From Octopus sinensis (lineage: Eukaryota), in NCBI RefSeq assembly GCF_006345805.1, contig NC_043007.1, positions 50,716,001-50,780,000 of the forward strand: a stretch of DNA of 64,000 nucleotides, read 5' to 3'. The translations under genes and the position numbers were made by a program. Positions 13,440-25,382 of this stretch are shown piece by piece. The stretch's first letter is position 1. Each line of letters begins with the position of its first letter. Under the pieces are notes generated by a model, which had not been told where the DNA came from, did not search any database, and saw only the letters and a list, made by a program, of their open reading frames with translations.

Positions 13440-13627
13440 AAGTACGACAGGTGAAATGCTTAGCGACATGTCATCCGTCTTCACTTTCTGAGTTCTAATT
13501 TCGCCGAGATCGATTTTACTTTCATCCTTTTGGGTTCGATAAAATAAATGCCAGTTGAGTACTGGGTTCGATGTAATCGACTTACCTCTCCCACGGAATT
13601 GCTGGACTTGTGCCAAAATTTGAAACC
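13440..13627 (+). mobile_element. SINE family A
   Basis: GAAATGCTTAGCGACATGTCATCCGTC...CTGAGTTCTAATTTCGCCGAGATCG...GTGCCAAAATTTGAAACC. Confidence 0.8.
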
Positions 13628-13982
13628 TTCCTTTCCTGAGTAGCAACAACACAAGGCCAGAATTGTTTCCGATTTAAATTGTGACATCTATTTCTAACAT
13701 GCCGAATAGCCTCACAGAGTGTTCCAAACTGGCATGGCTTCAGACCGTTGGAAACACTGGTGTGATGGCGAGTATCGAAGAGTCACCCTGTTGTTTTCTC
13801 TGGACACCCCTTCCCACACAATCGTGGGAGACTGGGTATTACTGATTTAACATGACAGCTGACTAAACTGAAATTACCCCGAAAATTTCTTTAAGTGACA
13901 GCACTGAAATTCGATCCCTTCTTAATGTTGCTACACATTTAGGTGGATGGTGGATTTAATTTGATTTTAAAAAATGACTGTT

Positions 13983-14027
<45 letters not shown>

Positions 14028-14064
14028 GATATACACGTTATGTATATATTTATGTATGTGTGTA

Positions 14065-14162
<98 letters not shown>

Positions 14163-14364
14163 CGTGTGTATACGAATATATATATATATATGCATGAATA
14201 TATGAGTGTGCGTGTGTGTATATACACTTTTGTACGTATTTTTAAGTAATTGTGCGTACGTACATACATATACACGTATCCATACACACACACATGCACG
14301 AGCATGCTCGCATGCGCCTGCACACATAATCACAAATTTTATTCTAATATATATACACACATAC

Positions 14365-14468
<104 letters not shown>

Positions 14469-16497
14469 ATACATATATATATATTATATATATATAATAT
14501 ATATATATATACACACGCGTGTGTGTGTACAGGAAGTTGAGCTCTCGATGATCTTGACGATTTTACGATCTCCTGTTGAGAGCAAGACAGTGGTGTGGTT
14601 TCCGGTTGCCTACTTCGAAGCTCAAGGAAGTTTGCATGATACTTTTACAGCAAGGTAGCTAAACACATGTTACATATATGGATGTCTGTTGTCTGTGTGT
14701 GGTGAAATCTCTCATTGTTAGCTATTCAAACTTGGGAAAGACTGGCTCTCGATTTGGGAGTATTACAACTTGAAGGAATTGTAACCAGTCTGTTTCTTTA
14801 TACTTTGTACACTAATCCTCTATTATGTTTTGTAACTCAGAACGTAAAAGACAGGACTAAATACCACAAGGTATATTGTCCGACAATCTGTTGATTAGCA
14901 GCATTATATTTGTGCGTGTGTGTGTTTGTGTGTGCGCGCGCGGTGAAACAGACCCATAAATATATAGATTGATACACAGATAGCTAGCTAGCTAACGAGG
15001 CATTCAGGCAGACAAATAGACAGACAGATTGACAAAGAAATTGATTGATATAGACATGGATGTAGTGGAATCTGTTAGTGTCGCTAAATCATACATTTGC
15101 ACCTGAGAGACCTTTATGTAAACTACATTGGGATATTCGAGCATTTTTTCTGTTTTCTTTTATCTATTTATATCGAGCAGTATTGGATTCACTTGTTGGC
15201 CGATGACAAACACACTAGGGCGTGGTGGGACAGATACAAACACATTTGCGGGAAAGTAACCGTCCCATTATGCTGATGAGTAACAGACTAACTTTTGTGG
15301 CAGCAACACACTCACTCGTAAGAACGACAAACCATAGCTGAGATAACAGGCCTACTATTAGTATGGTGACAAATATACTGGTGGGACAGTAACAGACCTA
15401 CTTTCGAGACGGCAGCAGGCCCATTGGAAGAACGCTGACAGCAACATTGGTGGAACAGTGACAGACCTGGTGAAATCGAGATCTGTTGATGTTCTGACAG
15501 GTGGAACAGAAAACAAATCTTAGTCATAACATTTCTTATTCAACTATGAGTTAGTTCCTAGATGGATTCAGACCTATTATCAAAAGCTCTCCTACCATGA
15601 CCTTCCTTTCAGTGATCGTATATCTAGTACTACATCAACCAATGTGTCCTCTATCATGCACCTGTATGTCATCCTCAGGTTTTAACCCTTAATCTTTCAT
15701 CTTAAACTTCCACAATAAGTTTACCAACTGAGATACTATGCTGGCTGATGTACAACTGACAAAATGCTTAAATATTTAGTTTCATTAGTCAACTCGCAAC
15801 AGTTGCTGCTGTTGTTGTGTATCCTGAGGTTTTATTTGATCAAGGACTCATACAAATGAAGATGTTCAATCCGAGCGCATATCGTCATATTTCTACTACA
15901 TGACTACATTATCCAATAAGTTCTTCATTTTTAAAGTTGGTTCAGTATGAACTGAAGAATAGTTAGTTGTTCTTTCTAGCGGGATGAACGACCACATAGA
16001 TGGGGGAAATCGTTAGTTAGTTACTAAATCTAATTTCTTTATCTCTATCGCCGTTCCTTGAAAAACATTTCGTTTATTATAACAGTTATAATTTATTTAA
16101 TTTCTTTTGGTTTTTGTTATTTCATCGATAAAATAGGCAATAATTTTGAATCAAATTAAATAGACCATCCAGAAAACTGCATAGAAACATTAACAAGAGA
16201 TCGAATTTCGATGCTGTCACTTAAAGAAAATTTTCGAGGCTATTTCACTTTAGTCAGCTGTCATTTTAAATCAGCGAGGAATTGCATTGTTTTTATTCGA
16301 GAAATTTGATCTGAAATTAGATTTTATAACTTGCTTACTCTCAGATGAGAGAGAAAGAAAGAAAGACAGACCAAGAATCGGAAAATATTTCATCACAGAT
16401 TCAGAGAAATTTTCTAATATACAGGAGACTTGCATATATGTATATATATACACACACACAAACACACAGCAAGCGAGAGCAAGGGTATGTATATGTG

Positions 16498-16529
<32 letters not shown>

Positions 16530-16596
16530 TGTATGTATGTATGTATGTATGTATGTATGTATGTATGTATGTATGTATGTATATGCATATCTGTTG

Positions 16597-16645
<49 letters not shown>

Positions 16646-16759
16646 ACATATTAGTTGATTGAACTTCACGTTACCGATTATTTTAACGAATACACTGAAA
16701 AACCAGCAGCGCAAAACTCAGAATTACAATTCAAGAAATTTCAGTATTTTAATGCTTCC

Positions 16760-16841
<82 letters not shown>

Positions 16842-16861
16842 ATCTATCTATCTATCTATCT

Positions 16862-16893
<32 letters not shown>

Positions 16894-17005
16894 CCCTTGG
16901 TCTCTAAATATTGGTAATATATATACACGCAAAAGGACATTATACAATATCAGGGTTTTCTGCAAATATATATGTGCAAGGGCGCGTTTATATATCTGTC
17001 CATAA

Positions 17006-17077
<72 letters not shown>

Positions 17078-17309
17078 CATACATACATACATATATACAT
17101 ACATACATACAAACATATAGACTCACATACATACACATGGATGGATATCTATATTTGTCTAAAGAAACACACAGTCACAGACAATATTGTATTACTTGTT
17201 TCAGTCAGAACTCGTGGTCTTACAAAGTAACCGAAAACGGATTCAGGAAGAATCAGTCAACTACTTGACAGATCCTTACCTATTGGAAGAAACATTGAGA
17301 AACTCAAGG

Positions 17310-17760
17310 CAAAAAATCTACGGGAAATCTTATTGTTTGTACACTTTTGGCTTCAGCATTTGATGTAAACATGGACCAAATTCTTCTTTAAAATGACATA
17401 CCTCATGCAGCAGAAACAATGCTCTACATGAGTACACGAACCGATATACTCGATACAAGAACACACAATCACCTGACAGAGACACTGGCATTTTCGAAAC
17501 CAGTGCAGATGCTTTGCAAGGCAAGACACTTGCTCCCTTGCTATTTAATACCAGCATGGTCAAAGCCATCCACGATTCACTTGATAAAAACAAAGGAGAC
17601 GGCTTCATTCCAGGCGCAACAACATACACAAATAATACTGATGGTATCACTCTCTACACAGGAATCATTTCAGAAGCTCCATAATATTGAAAAAAATGTG
17701 AAAATGGAGCAGCAGATATTGATCTTTACTTAAATGCTCAATATGTGTATTATAATCAAG
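17310..17760 (+). mobile_element. RTE-clade LINE reverse-transcriptase remnant
   Basis: Frameshifted PDRDTGIFETSADALQGKTLAPLLFN (RT domain 4, GVLQGDTLAP-like), LLFVHF (LFVDF-like) and NTDGITL (YADD-like). Confidence 0.7.
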
Positions 17761-18639
17761 GAGGCCTCGTCAGTATAACCACAGAGACCTCCTTCTAATA
17801 TCCGTACATAGAAATGTACATACATAGAAAAGAGTGGAAAAATCAGTACGCAAAATGTTAAGTACTTCATTATAGCTTAAATATAATTTGAAATATCATA
17901 TACGAGGGTCTTTAAAGAATTAGCACCCGTTCTTTTGTTGAATCCGGACTGCTGTACAGGTCTATTAATTGGTTGCACACCAAACTCCTGGAGCTGATGT
18001 TTGACGACGCTTATCACTGTTGTTGATTGAGGAACGGAGCCCAGTACATCTCGGAGTAGCGGTCAACAAACCAGGAAATGATCCAAGAATAGGAATTCCA
18101 CCTTCGTTTTTTTGCACATAACAGAAAGAATGGGTTTACATTCTAATTACACTTATATTGAGAATTTATAATATTTAAATGTGTATGTATGTATGTATAT
18201 GTATGTATGCATGCATGTATGTATGTATGTATGCATATATGCATGTATGTGTGTATGTATGCAAGTGTGTGTCTATCTATCTATCTATCTATCAATCTGA
18301 ATATCTATCTTTATATATATATATATATTTGTCAGTAGAGAGGTTGAGAGATGTTTTGATTGACAAATACAGAGAACTAAGCAAGATCTTATTAATTTTA
18401 GACTTCTATGGACATTTAGGGTAGGTATGTACGGGTAGGCTGTTTATTATCCAACTCTTCACCGAAATGGGATGTTGCCCAATTGACTTCCTGAACACTA
18501 TGCGGAATTATGATGGCTGGTATGATTGAACCGAGCCATACCGAGCGAACTCAATCAGATGACAGTCTCAGCCGGAAGCCATGTAATACACTGAGTATTT
18601 AAAGAGCCTTTGTGGTTTATAATTAATCTGTGCATTCCT

Positions 18640-18920
18640 CACGTTGTTAATTACTTTTATACAATATATTTATCCGGCGCATGAATGAGTGTCACCCCAG
18701 TGACTTAGCCTAGATGCATAGCGAATGAGAGAACTTCAATGTCGTCCACCGACCTGCCACAAAAAAATTAATGTCCTTCAAATTACACTCAACTATCGTG
18801 TATAAGGCCAGCGTACCACTAAAAATGAGATGGTCACGACTGGAGTGACCATCTCATTTTTGTACTCGATCATAATTGTACTCGAGTATCGTTGCCGTTG
18901 TGTTAAATAACAATAACAAA
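18640..18920 (+). mobile_element. Degenerate SINE family G copy ending in an (AAC)n-like tail
   Basis: The motif ATGGTCACGACTGGA...GATCATA...CTCG...TAAATAACAATAACAA is the reverse complement of motifs at 19795-19860 and 37285-37350. Confidence 0.45.
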
Positions 18921-18995
18921 CCTAGAAGTCTTCAGAAATGCCACATTAGCTTTACAGGGGTATATTCCGCAGTCGTCATACTTGAAGATATTCTT

Positions 18996-19176
18996 TTATT
19001 CTTATACTTATTTCAGTCATTAGACTGCGACCATGCTAGGACAACGCCTTTGAATTTTAGTCGAGCGAATCCACTCCAGTCTGGTACTTCTGTTCGACCC
19101 TAAAAACAACAGCACCGGTTGTCAAGCAGCAGTGGCGGACGCACACACATATACACACACGCACACACACACACGC

Positions 19177-19241
<65 letters not shown>

Positions 19242-19396
19242 AACACAAACACACACGACAGGCGTCTTTCTATCAAATCTACTCACAAGGCTCTGGTCGG
19301 CCTGAGGTTATCGCAGAAGGCACTTGCCCATAGTGCCACGCAGTGGACCTGAATCCTGAGATGCAAACTCCTTACCATACAGCCACGCCTGCACCT
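18996..19396 (-). mobile_element. Diverged SINE family B/C copy with an internal (CA)n tract
   Basis: Tail TTTCAGTCATTAGACTGCGACCATGCTAG; head CAAGGCTCTGGTCGGCCTGAGG...GTGCCACGCAGTGG...ACCATACAGCCACGCCTGC. Confidence 0.75.
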
Positions 19397-19539
19397 GTTA
19401 ACCGTTTAGTTAGATATTCCTTGTATATTCATATAGGAATATGACAAAAGTTCATAAATATCAAGCGAAGTCACCAGAGGCGAAATTTGAACTCAAAACG
19501 TAATGGTTTCAAGTAAATATTGCATGGCGCACGTAAGTC

Positions 19540-20160
19540 TTAGCTGTATGGTTCAGCAAGAGATTAGTTGTAAAACTTAATTGATCCTTAGTAGTGTGGC
19601 TTAACTGAAGCTTAAGTGTATAGCCCAACTATAAACTTTAATGCACCGTTCATCTAAGCTTTAGCTGATCTACTCTTCCTATATTAACTCCAAGAAAGGG
19701 GTTAGAAGCCATAACTTCAGTCTGTGCTACATACTGCATTCTCAAAATATATCTTAATATAAACTGTACGGAATCATTTCAATCAATGTTACTGTTGCTG
19801 TCGTTGATCGGTCAGAACTCTGATCTCAAAGATATTCCAGTCGTGACCATCACATCCTCTTCGTTAGATGCAATTTCTCTCGATTTATTTTACCCAATAT
19901 GTTGTGTAGTGTAATATAATTTTAAAAGTTTAACATGGCTATTCTCATAACTCCAACTGAATCCCAGCAGTAAGGCTCAAAGGATTAGTTGGAGGGCCTA
20001 ACTGATCCTAAACAGTGTGGCTTAACTGAGACTTAGGTGTGTAGCCTAACTAAGGTACAGCTACATGATTCATCTGGACCTAGCTGTATGATTCAACTAA
20101 GTCCTTAATGCAAGGCTGATCTAAGCTTTAGCTGATCTACTCTTCGTATATTAAGTATTA
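19540..20160 (+). repeat. Two related blocks of a degenerate ~24-bp tandem repeat (19540-19690 and 19985-20160)
   Basis: Units include TTAGTTGGAGGGCCTAACTGATCC, TAAACAGTGTGGCTTAACTGAGAC and TTAGGTGTGTAGCCTAACTAAGGT. Both blocks end TCTAAGCTTTAGCTGATCTACTCTTC.TATATTAA. Confidence 0.75.
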
Positions 20161-20427
20161 GAAGCCATTTGATCTGGGACTGTATGGAATGTTAAGGAAG
20201 TGTACCAGAAAGGTCGCTGCTGTGAAAATTCACTCAGTACTGCTGCTGCTTCTGCTAAAGGTTCAACGGTCGCTTTTTCTACTGCTGCAAGCATTAACTA
20301 TGCTGCTACTACTGCTGCCTCTGCTGCTATTGCTATAGTAACGATACCTTATAACAAGTTATGAAAATAAGTAGGAAGCAGTAAAGTGTTGGAACCAAAA
20401 TAACAGCAGAAAAACTGCGCTAGTCCA

Positions 20428-20478
20428 TTCATCATCATCATCGTCATTATTATCATCATCATCATCACCACCACCACT

Positions 20479-20549
<71 letters not shown>

Positions 20550-20690
20550 TATCATCATCATCATCACCAATATCGTGATCACGATCACTTTCACCACAAT
20601 CACCGTCATCACACCCGCCACCATTATCACCATCTCCATCACCACAACGACGACCACGACCAACACCATCGCCATCATAACCACCACCCC
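20428..20690 (+). repeat. (CAT)n/(CAC)n trinucleotide microsatellite
   Basis: Directly visible. Confidence 0.95.
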
Positions 20691-20889
20691 ATCTTATCAC
20701 TAAAATTATCCATGAAGAGAAATTTCCCTGAATGTTTAGATGGATGGACCTGTCCTTCGTACAGTGTGGTTATTTGAGATTTCAAAATAAATATAGAAGT
20801 GGTGAGGTAGAGACGGTGATGTTGGGAGTGTGTGTAGGGGGAGGATGAAGATAAAGGAAAGATGGTTGTAGTGGGAAGAGATAGTGTGG

Positions 20890-21750
20890 TGAGGGTGATG
20901 GTCTGCGATCAGCAAATAAAAAAATTAATGATAAATAAGAAAATGGGGAAAGTAAAGGAATGAAAGGGTTTAGAAGAAATACAGAAGGATTGAAAGAATC
21001 ACATAATGAAGGAATGAATAAAAAGGGAATTTATGAAGGAGGGGCTGAATGAAAGAAGAGAGTGGAGAGTGACCGCGTAAACACAAGAAAAAAGGAGACT
21101 GTAAGATGGAAAGGAAAGAATGAAATAAGGAAGGAAGGAAGGAAGGAAGGAAAGGAGAAAGAAAGAAAGAAAGACGGAAAGAAAGAAAGATAAAGAAAGA
21201 ACATATAGACTGACAGACCGACAGACAGTAGTTTTGAAGTGATAAAAAAGAGAAATAATAGGATAGAGAATTGATGAGAAGGATGAAAAAGGAAACGAAT
21301 ATGAAGGATAAGAAGGGAGGAAAATGAATTAACTAGGAATAAAAAAAGGAGAGAGAGAGGAAGTGGGAAAGAAACTGACGGAGGAAATGAGAGTAAGAAT
21401 GAGAGAGAGAGAAGGGTGAGTAAAAGGAAATAAAAAGATGAACTAATGGTGGGAAAGAAATTAAAGGGAAGAAAATGTGAATGAGTGTTGAAAATAGAGG
21501 ATGAGAGGAAAGAAGATTGAAGAAAACTAGGATTTACGATATGGAGAGGAAGAAGAAGAGGAGGGGAGGAAGATGGAGTAGAAGAAATGGAATAAAAAAG
21601 GACAAGAAAAAGTGAAAAAGTACAAAATAATGAGGAACAGGGAACAAGGCAAGTGATTGGTGGAGGGGATAATGGTGTAAATAGAAAAAGAAGGAAAGGA
21701 GGATAAAGAAAAGAAAAAGTTGGGAAGGAAATAAACCAAGCTGGAATAAA
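20890..21750 (+). repeat. Purine-rich (GA/GAA/GGAA) low-complexity tract, about 850 bp
   Basis: Strong A/G skew on the + strand. Confidence 0.85.
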
Positions 21751-21808
21751 AAAAAAAATTCTCCCTACCGTCTACAGGCACACAAACGTACAAAGTCAGC
21801 AGTGGGTC

Positions 21809-21855
<47 letters not shown>

Positions 21856-22164
21856 AGTCAGAGGCTGGCAAGGATATTTGATAGCCATGCAATTAAGATT
21901 AAGATTGGACAAGTGTCGCCAGTGATATAAAGCGGTTTTCTGTATAAGGGAGAGAGGGAGGAGGAAGGAAGGAAAGAGAGAATAAAAGATAAATAGACAG
22001 AAATCGAGAGAGACACAAAGAGAGAGTCTATAATGCTGGATTACTTCGTTTGCTGGATTGTCTGTTTTTGTTTTTCTTTTTTTTTTTACTTTTTACTTTT
22101 CTTTTATCTTTCCTCAACTTTTTCAGTTTTCTTCGTTTAGTGAAGCCGCCATTATTACAGTTTA

Positions 22165-22445
22165 TAATAGCTAAACATACTTAGCAATGTGTTTAATACT
22201 GTGTATTAGAGTAAAGGATAGTAATACAGACATGACTGTGTGTTTAATATTATGTATTACAGTATTAGATAGCTAAACATACATAGCGCCGTGGTTAATA
22301 CTAAGTATTACAAAATATAAACATAGATGGTGAATTTAATACTGTGCATTGCTGTTAGCTAATGATAATACAGACATAGCTATGTTTCATATTGTGTATT
22401 AAAGTATATAATGATAATAGATAAGTGACTGTGTGGTTAAGACGG
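22165..22445 (+). repeat. Degenerate minisatellite, ~51-bp unit, about 6 copies
   Basis: The GTG(T/G)TTAATA(C/T)T anchor recurs at 22189, 22240 and 22291, then at steps of 41, 50 and 51 bp. Confidence 0.75.
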
Positions 22446-22759
22446 TCACTTCATATTGACGACGTTGGGGGTTCAATTTCACTTAAAAAAAAAGAAATTA
22501 GAAAGCGTTTTCTCTCTTTGGGTAAACCAAAGATTACGTGAAAAGTACAGCTACTTGTAGAATCTTAACTATTTACACACACAATGAGACGGTAGAATCC
22601 AGAACAGGTGAATCCTGGATGTGGTTTAGAGTCAAGAATGTGTATTACAAGAGAGGGTAAAGTCGTTTAAGTTGTTACAGATTCTGGGTTTGAGTACACA
22701 ATGTAGAACTTTTCTTTCCCTCGCAGTAACTTAATTTCATCTAAGTATCTATGCTGTAA

Positions 22760-23030
22760 CTTTATTGATTTAATTATATTTATCTCCAAAAGTAATGACA
22801 TTTATTTAATTTCAATTATCTACAGTTGTAACTAAATTTATTTAACTTCACTTATCTACAATAGTAAACAACATTCATTTGTCTACATTTATCTATATCA
22901 GTAACTACATTTATTTAATTACATTTATCTACAGCAATAATTACATTTATCTACAATTAATCTACAGCAGTAACAATCATCTGTAGTAGTAAACAACATT
23001 TACTTAACTATATTTATTTTAACTGCCAAC
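22760..23030 (+). repeat. Degenerate minisatellite, ~36-bp unit
   Basis: Consecutive units such as TTTATTTAATTTCAATTATCTACAGTTGTAACTAAA, TTTATTTAACTTCACTTATCTACAATAGTAAACAACA and TTTATTTAATTACATTTATCTACAGCAATAATTACA. Confidence 0.75.
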
Positions 23031-23094
23031 CTTCCTCACTGGGCTCTACTAATTTTGGACAAGTTCCATGTTTATTGAATGCTGTCAAAATTAA

Positions 23095-23600
23095 CATATC
23101 TTTATTATTCTTTTATATGTTTCAGCTCTAAAGCTGTGGCCATGCTGTGGCACAGCCACTGTAATCACCTTTGAATTGATCAATCCTATGTGATTGGCTT
23201 GTGGTAAAGGGGGAGTTCGACACTGTTGCCCCCTTTTGAGTTTCCTGCCTTGATATTGGTTCATCTGGAATCTTGGATAACTAGAAGTCAAAAATTGTTT
23301 CCTGAAAACTTCAAACCCCACGCCATGGAGGTCCCTCAGATGTTTTGGCAAGGCGTTAAATAGCTGTTGGGCTTGAATCTCAAGCTATTGCAGTACATGG
23401 ACCAGCATAGTTTCCTGGTCCCTTGTTCTGAAGGTTCTCAGAATCCATCCGGCGTCGTTGCTCATATCAACCTCAAGATCTCACACCATATGTGATTTTG
23501 GGATTGCCGCTCCTTTTGGTCCAAAGTATCATGGTTAACAACAGAATGGAACGTTTGTGGTTTAAGATAGTCCTCTTTGGTCAGTCCTCATCGAGAAGAC
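23095..23600 (-). mobile_element. CR1-B LINE 3' fragment with an internal deletion of about 330 bp
   Basis: PKHLRDLHGVGFEVF and the tail match 39945-40200. It then jumps directly to GGACCAGCATAGTTTCCTGGTCCCTTG, which corresponds to about 40520. Confidence 0.8.
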
Positions 23601-24037
23601 CTTACATTCAAAGACAGTCCAATCCTATCATATTGTCTTTTATTTAGTCATAAGTGAATCATGATTTAGTAGCTGAAAGAAAGTTTAGTCATCGCAATTT
23701 GTAATTTTTACAAATAGCATTTCTTGAATTACATAAGTCACTAGCACGTTTTTATTTTAAGAGAGTAGGATGTAATTTAAGGGAAACTTCGCTACTGTTT
23801 TAGTAGGTTGTGTAATAGCATAGACGCTCTCTCGGCTAGTTAAAGAGGCGTTCGTGAAGGAAAATGGAAAAGGGGGATAGTTCGATTTCGCATCACTGCA
23901 TGGTGAGTTGGGCTTCGATTAGACAGTTAACACCTCTCATTTGTATTGATTTATTACGCTCCAGTAGAAAGGACCAGCGATGTTTTACCAAACTACAATG
24001 ACCAGTCCTATTTAACTTCCTGTGCATAACACCAGAT

Positions 24038-24077
<40 letters not shown>

Positions 24078-24940
24078 TGACTGCATTAAAAGATATACCC
24101 GAAATCATTGATTGTTTTCAAAATATTATGAAAATAAAGAAAGCCTTAGTATATTTTCACGTTTGTCTGTAAAGATATATATGTACACACACATACACAT
24201 ACATGTCTCTCTCTCTCTTTCTCACACAGATACGCATGAATCCACACATATTCCTTTCCTTTTCGATCTCTCTCTCTCTCTCTCTCTCTCCCTATCTTTC
24301 TCTCGCTTCACACACATACACAAACAAATATGTGTGGTTATGTGTGTTTGAGCATATGTAGGTGTTTGTGTGTATATGCGTTTCGTCGATGTAGAGAAAT
24401 CCCACCTAGTTAAATAAGATATGTGAACATAATTACGAGAATTAAATGAGATTAGTGTTGGTTTGCGTCAGTGAAAGTCAATATAATAAAAACGATAACT
24501 AAACAAGTAAATAAATAAATGAGGAATTTGAGTGTTCTGTGTGACGTGTAGTGTTTAAAGTTTCAAAAATGAACTGATCGTCAGAAAATGACGGATAGAA
24601 AAAGATATTCACCAACAGAATAACATACACATAACTGATAAGTCCTTGTAGAGTACTGGTGTGTTTAATATTGGAGATTTTACCGACAGCCACAGCAACA
24701 GCGTGGATCTAAGGCCAAGTTGCTCTGTTGACTACAACGATTGAGAAAGTCTGGTCTGAAACTTATGAGACATTGACGGTCTTTGTATTTCTATCTCTAT
24801 GTCCAGAGCACCAACACTAAGACATTATGAAATTATCGAAACCATGTTACCTACGTGAAACGGGGGGGTGGGGTGAACGTGTGAAAGCTAATTATTCTAG
24901 CTCGTAGAAAAAAAAGATACACCGATGACAAAAGACGAGA

Positions 24941-25250
24941 TTTTTTATTTTATTCCTTCTCGAGCCATGCCTGGCTCATAAGGGCCGGTTTCCTGGTTTC
25001 CTTGGCGTATAGGTTCCCCACCTGGACGGAATGCCGGTCCGTCGCAGGTGAGCTGCAAGATGCAAGAGAAAAGAGTGAGAGAAAGTTGTGGCGAAAGAGT
25101 CAGCAGAAGTTCGCCATTACCTTCTGCCGGAGACGCGTGGAGCTTAGGTGTTTTCGCTTATAAACACACGCATAGCATGGTCTGAGATTCGAACCCGCGA
25201 TCCCTCGACCGCGAGTCCGTTGCTCTAACCACTAGGCCATGTACCTCCAC
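24941..25250 (-). mobile_element. tRNA-derived SINE (family D; head resembles tRNA-Arg) with target-site duplication
   Basis: Minus strand has the A box TGGCCTAGTGGTT and the B box GGTTCGAATC. TSD AAGACGAGA lies at 24932-24940 and 25252-25260, and the 3' end is A-rich. Confidence 0.85.
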
Positions 25251-25382
25251 TAAGACGAGATAGCATCCAAATTAATACTACTAACTGCACGCGCACATCC
25301 CTCCTTCTGTCTGTAGTCTGTCTGTCTCCGTCTCTCTCTCTCTTACTCTGGATATATATATAGAGAGAGAGAGAAAGAGAGG

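Noticed and set aside
15224-15520. Repeat-spacer-like pattern suggesting a CRISPR array
   Set aside because: The context is eukaryotic, the repeats are short and degenerate, the spacing is irregular (156, 69 and 51 bp), and there are no cas genes.
17903-18130. TACGAGGG start and weak mariner-like peptide
   Set aside because: No partner TIR was found and the similarity is too weak to support.
20349-20700. Poly-Met and poly-Asp ORFs
   Set aside because: These are translations of a (CAT)n repeat.
24555-24590. Minus-strand CTGACGA...GAAAC
   Set aside because: Helix II and helix III pairing are absent, so this is a chance match.
25170-25250. tRNA-like sequence with A and B boxes
   Set aside because: It has no proper acceptor stem or cloverleaf and continues into a SINE body with a TSD, so it is a SINE head rather than a tRNA gene.
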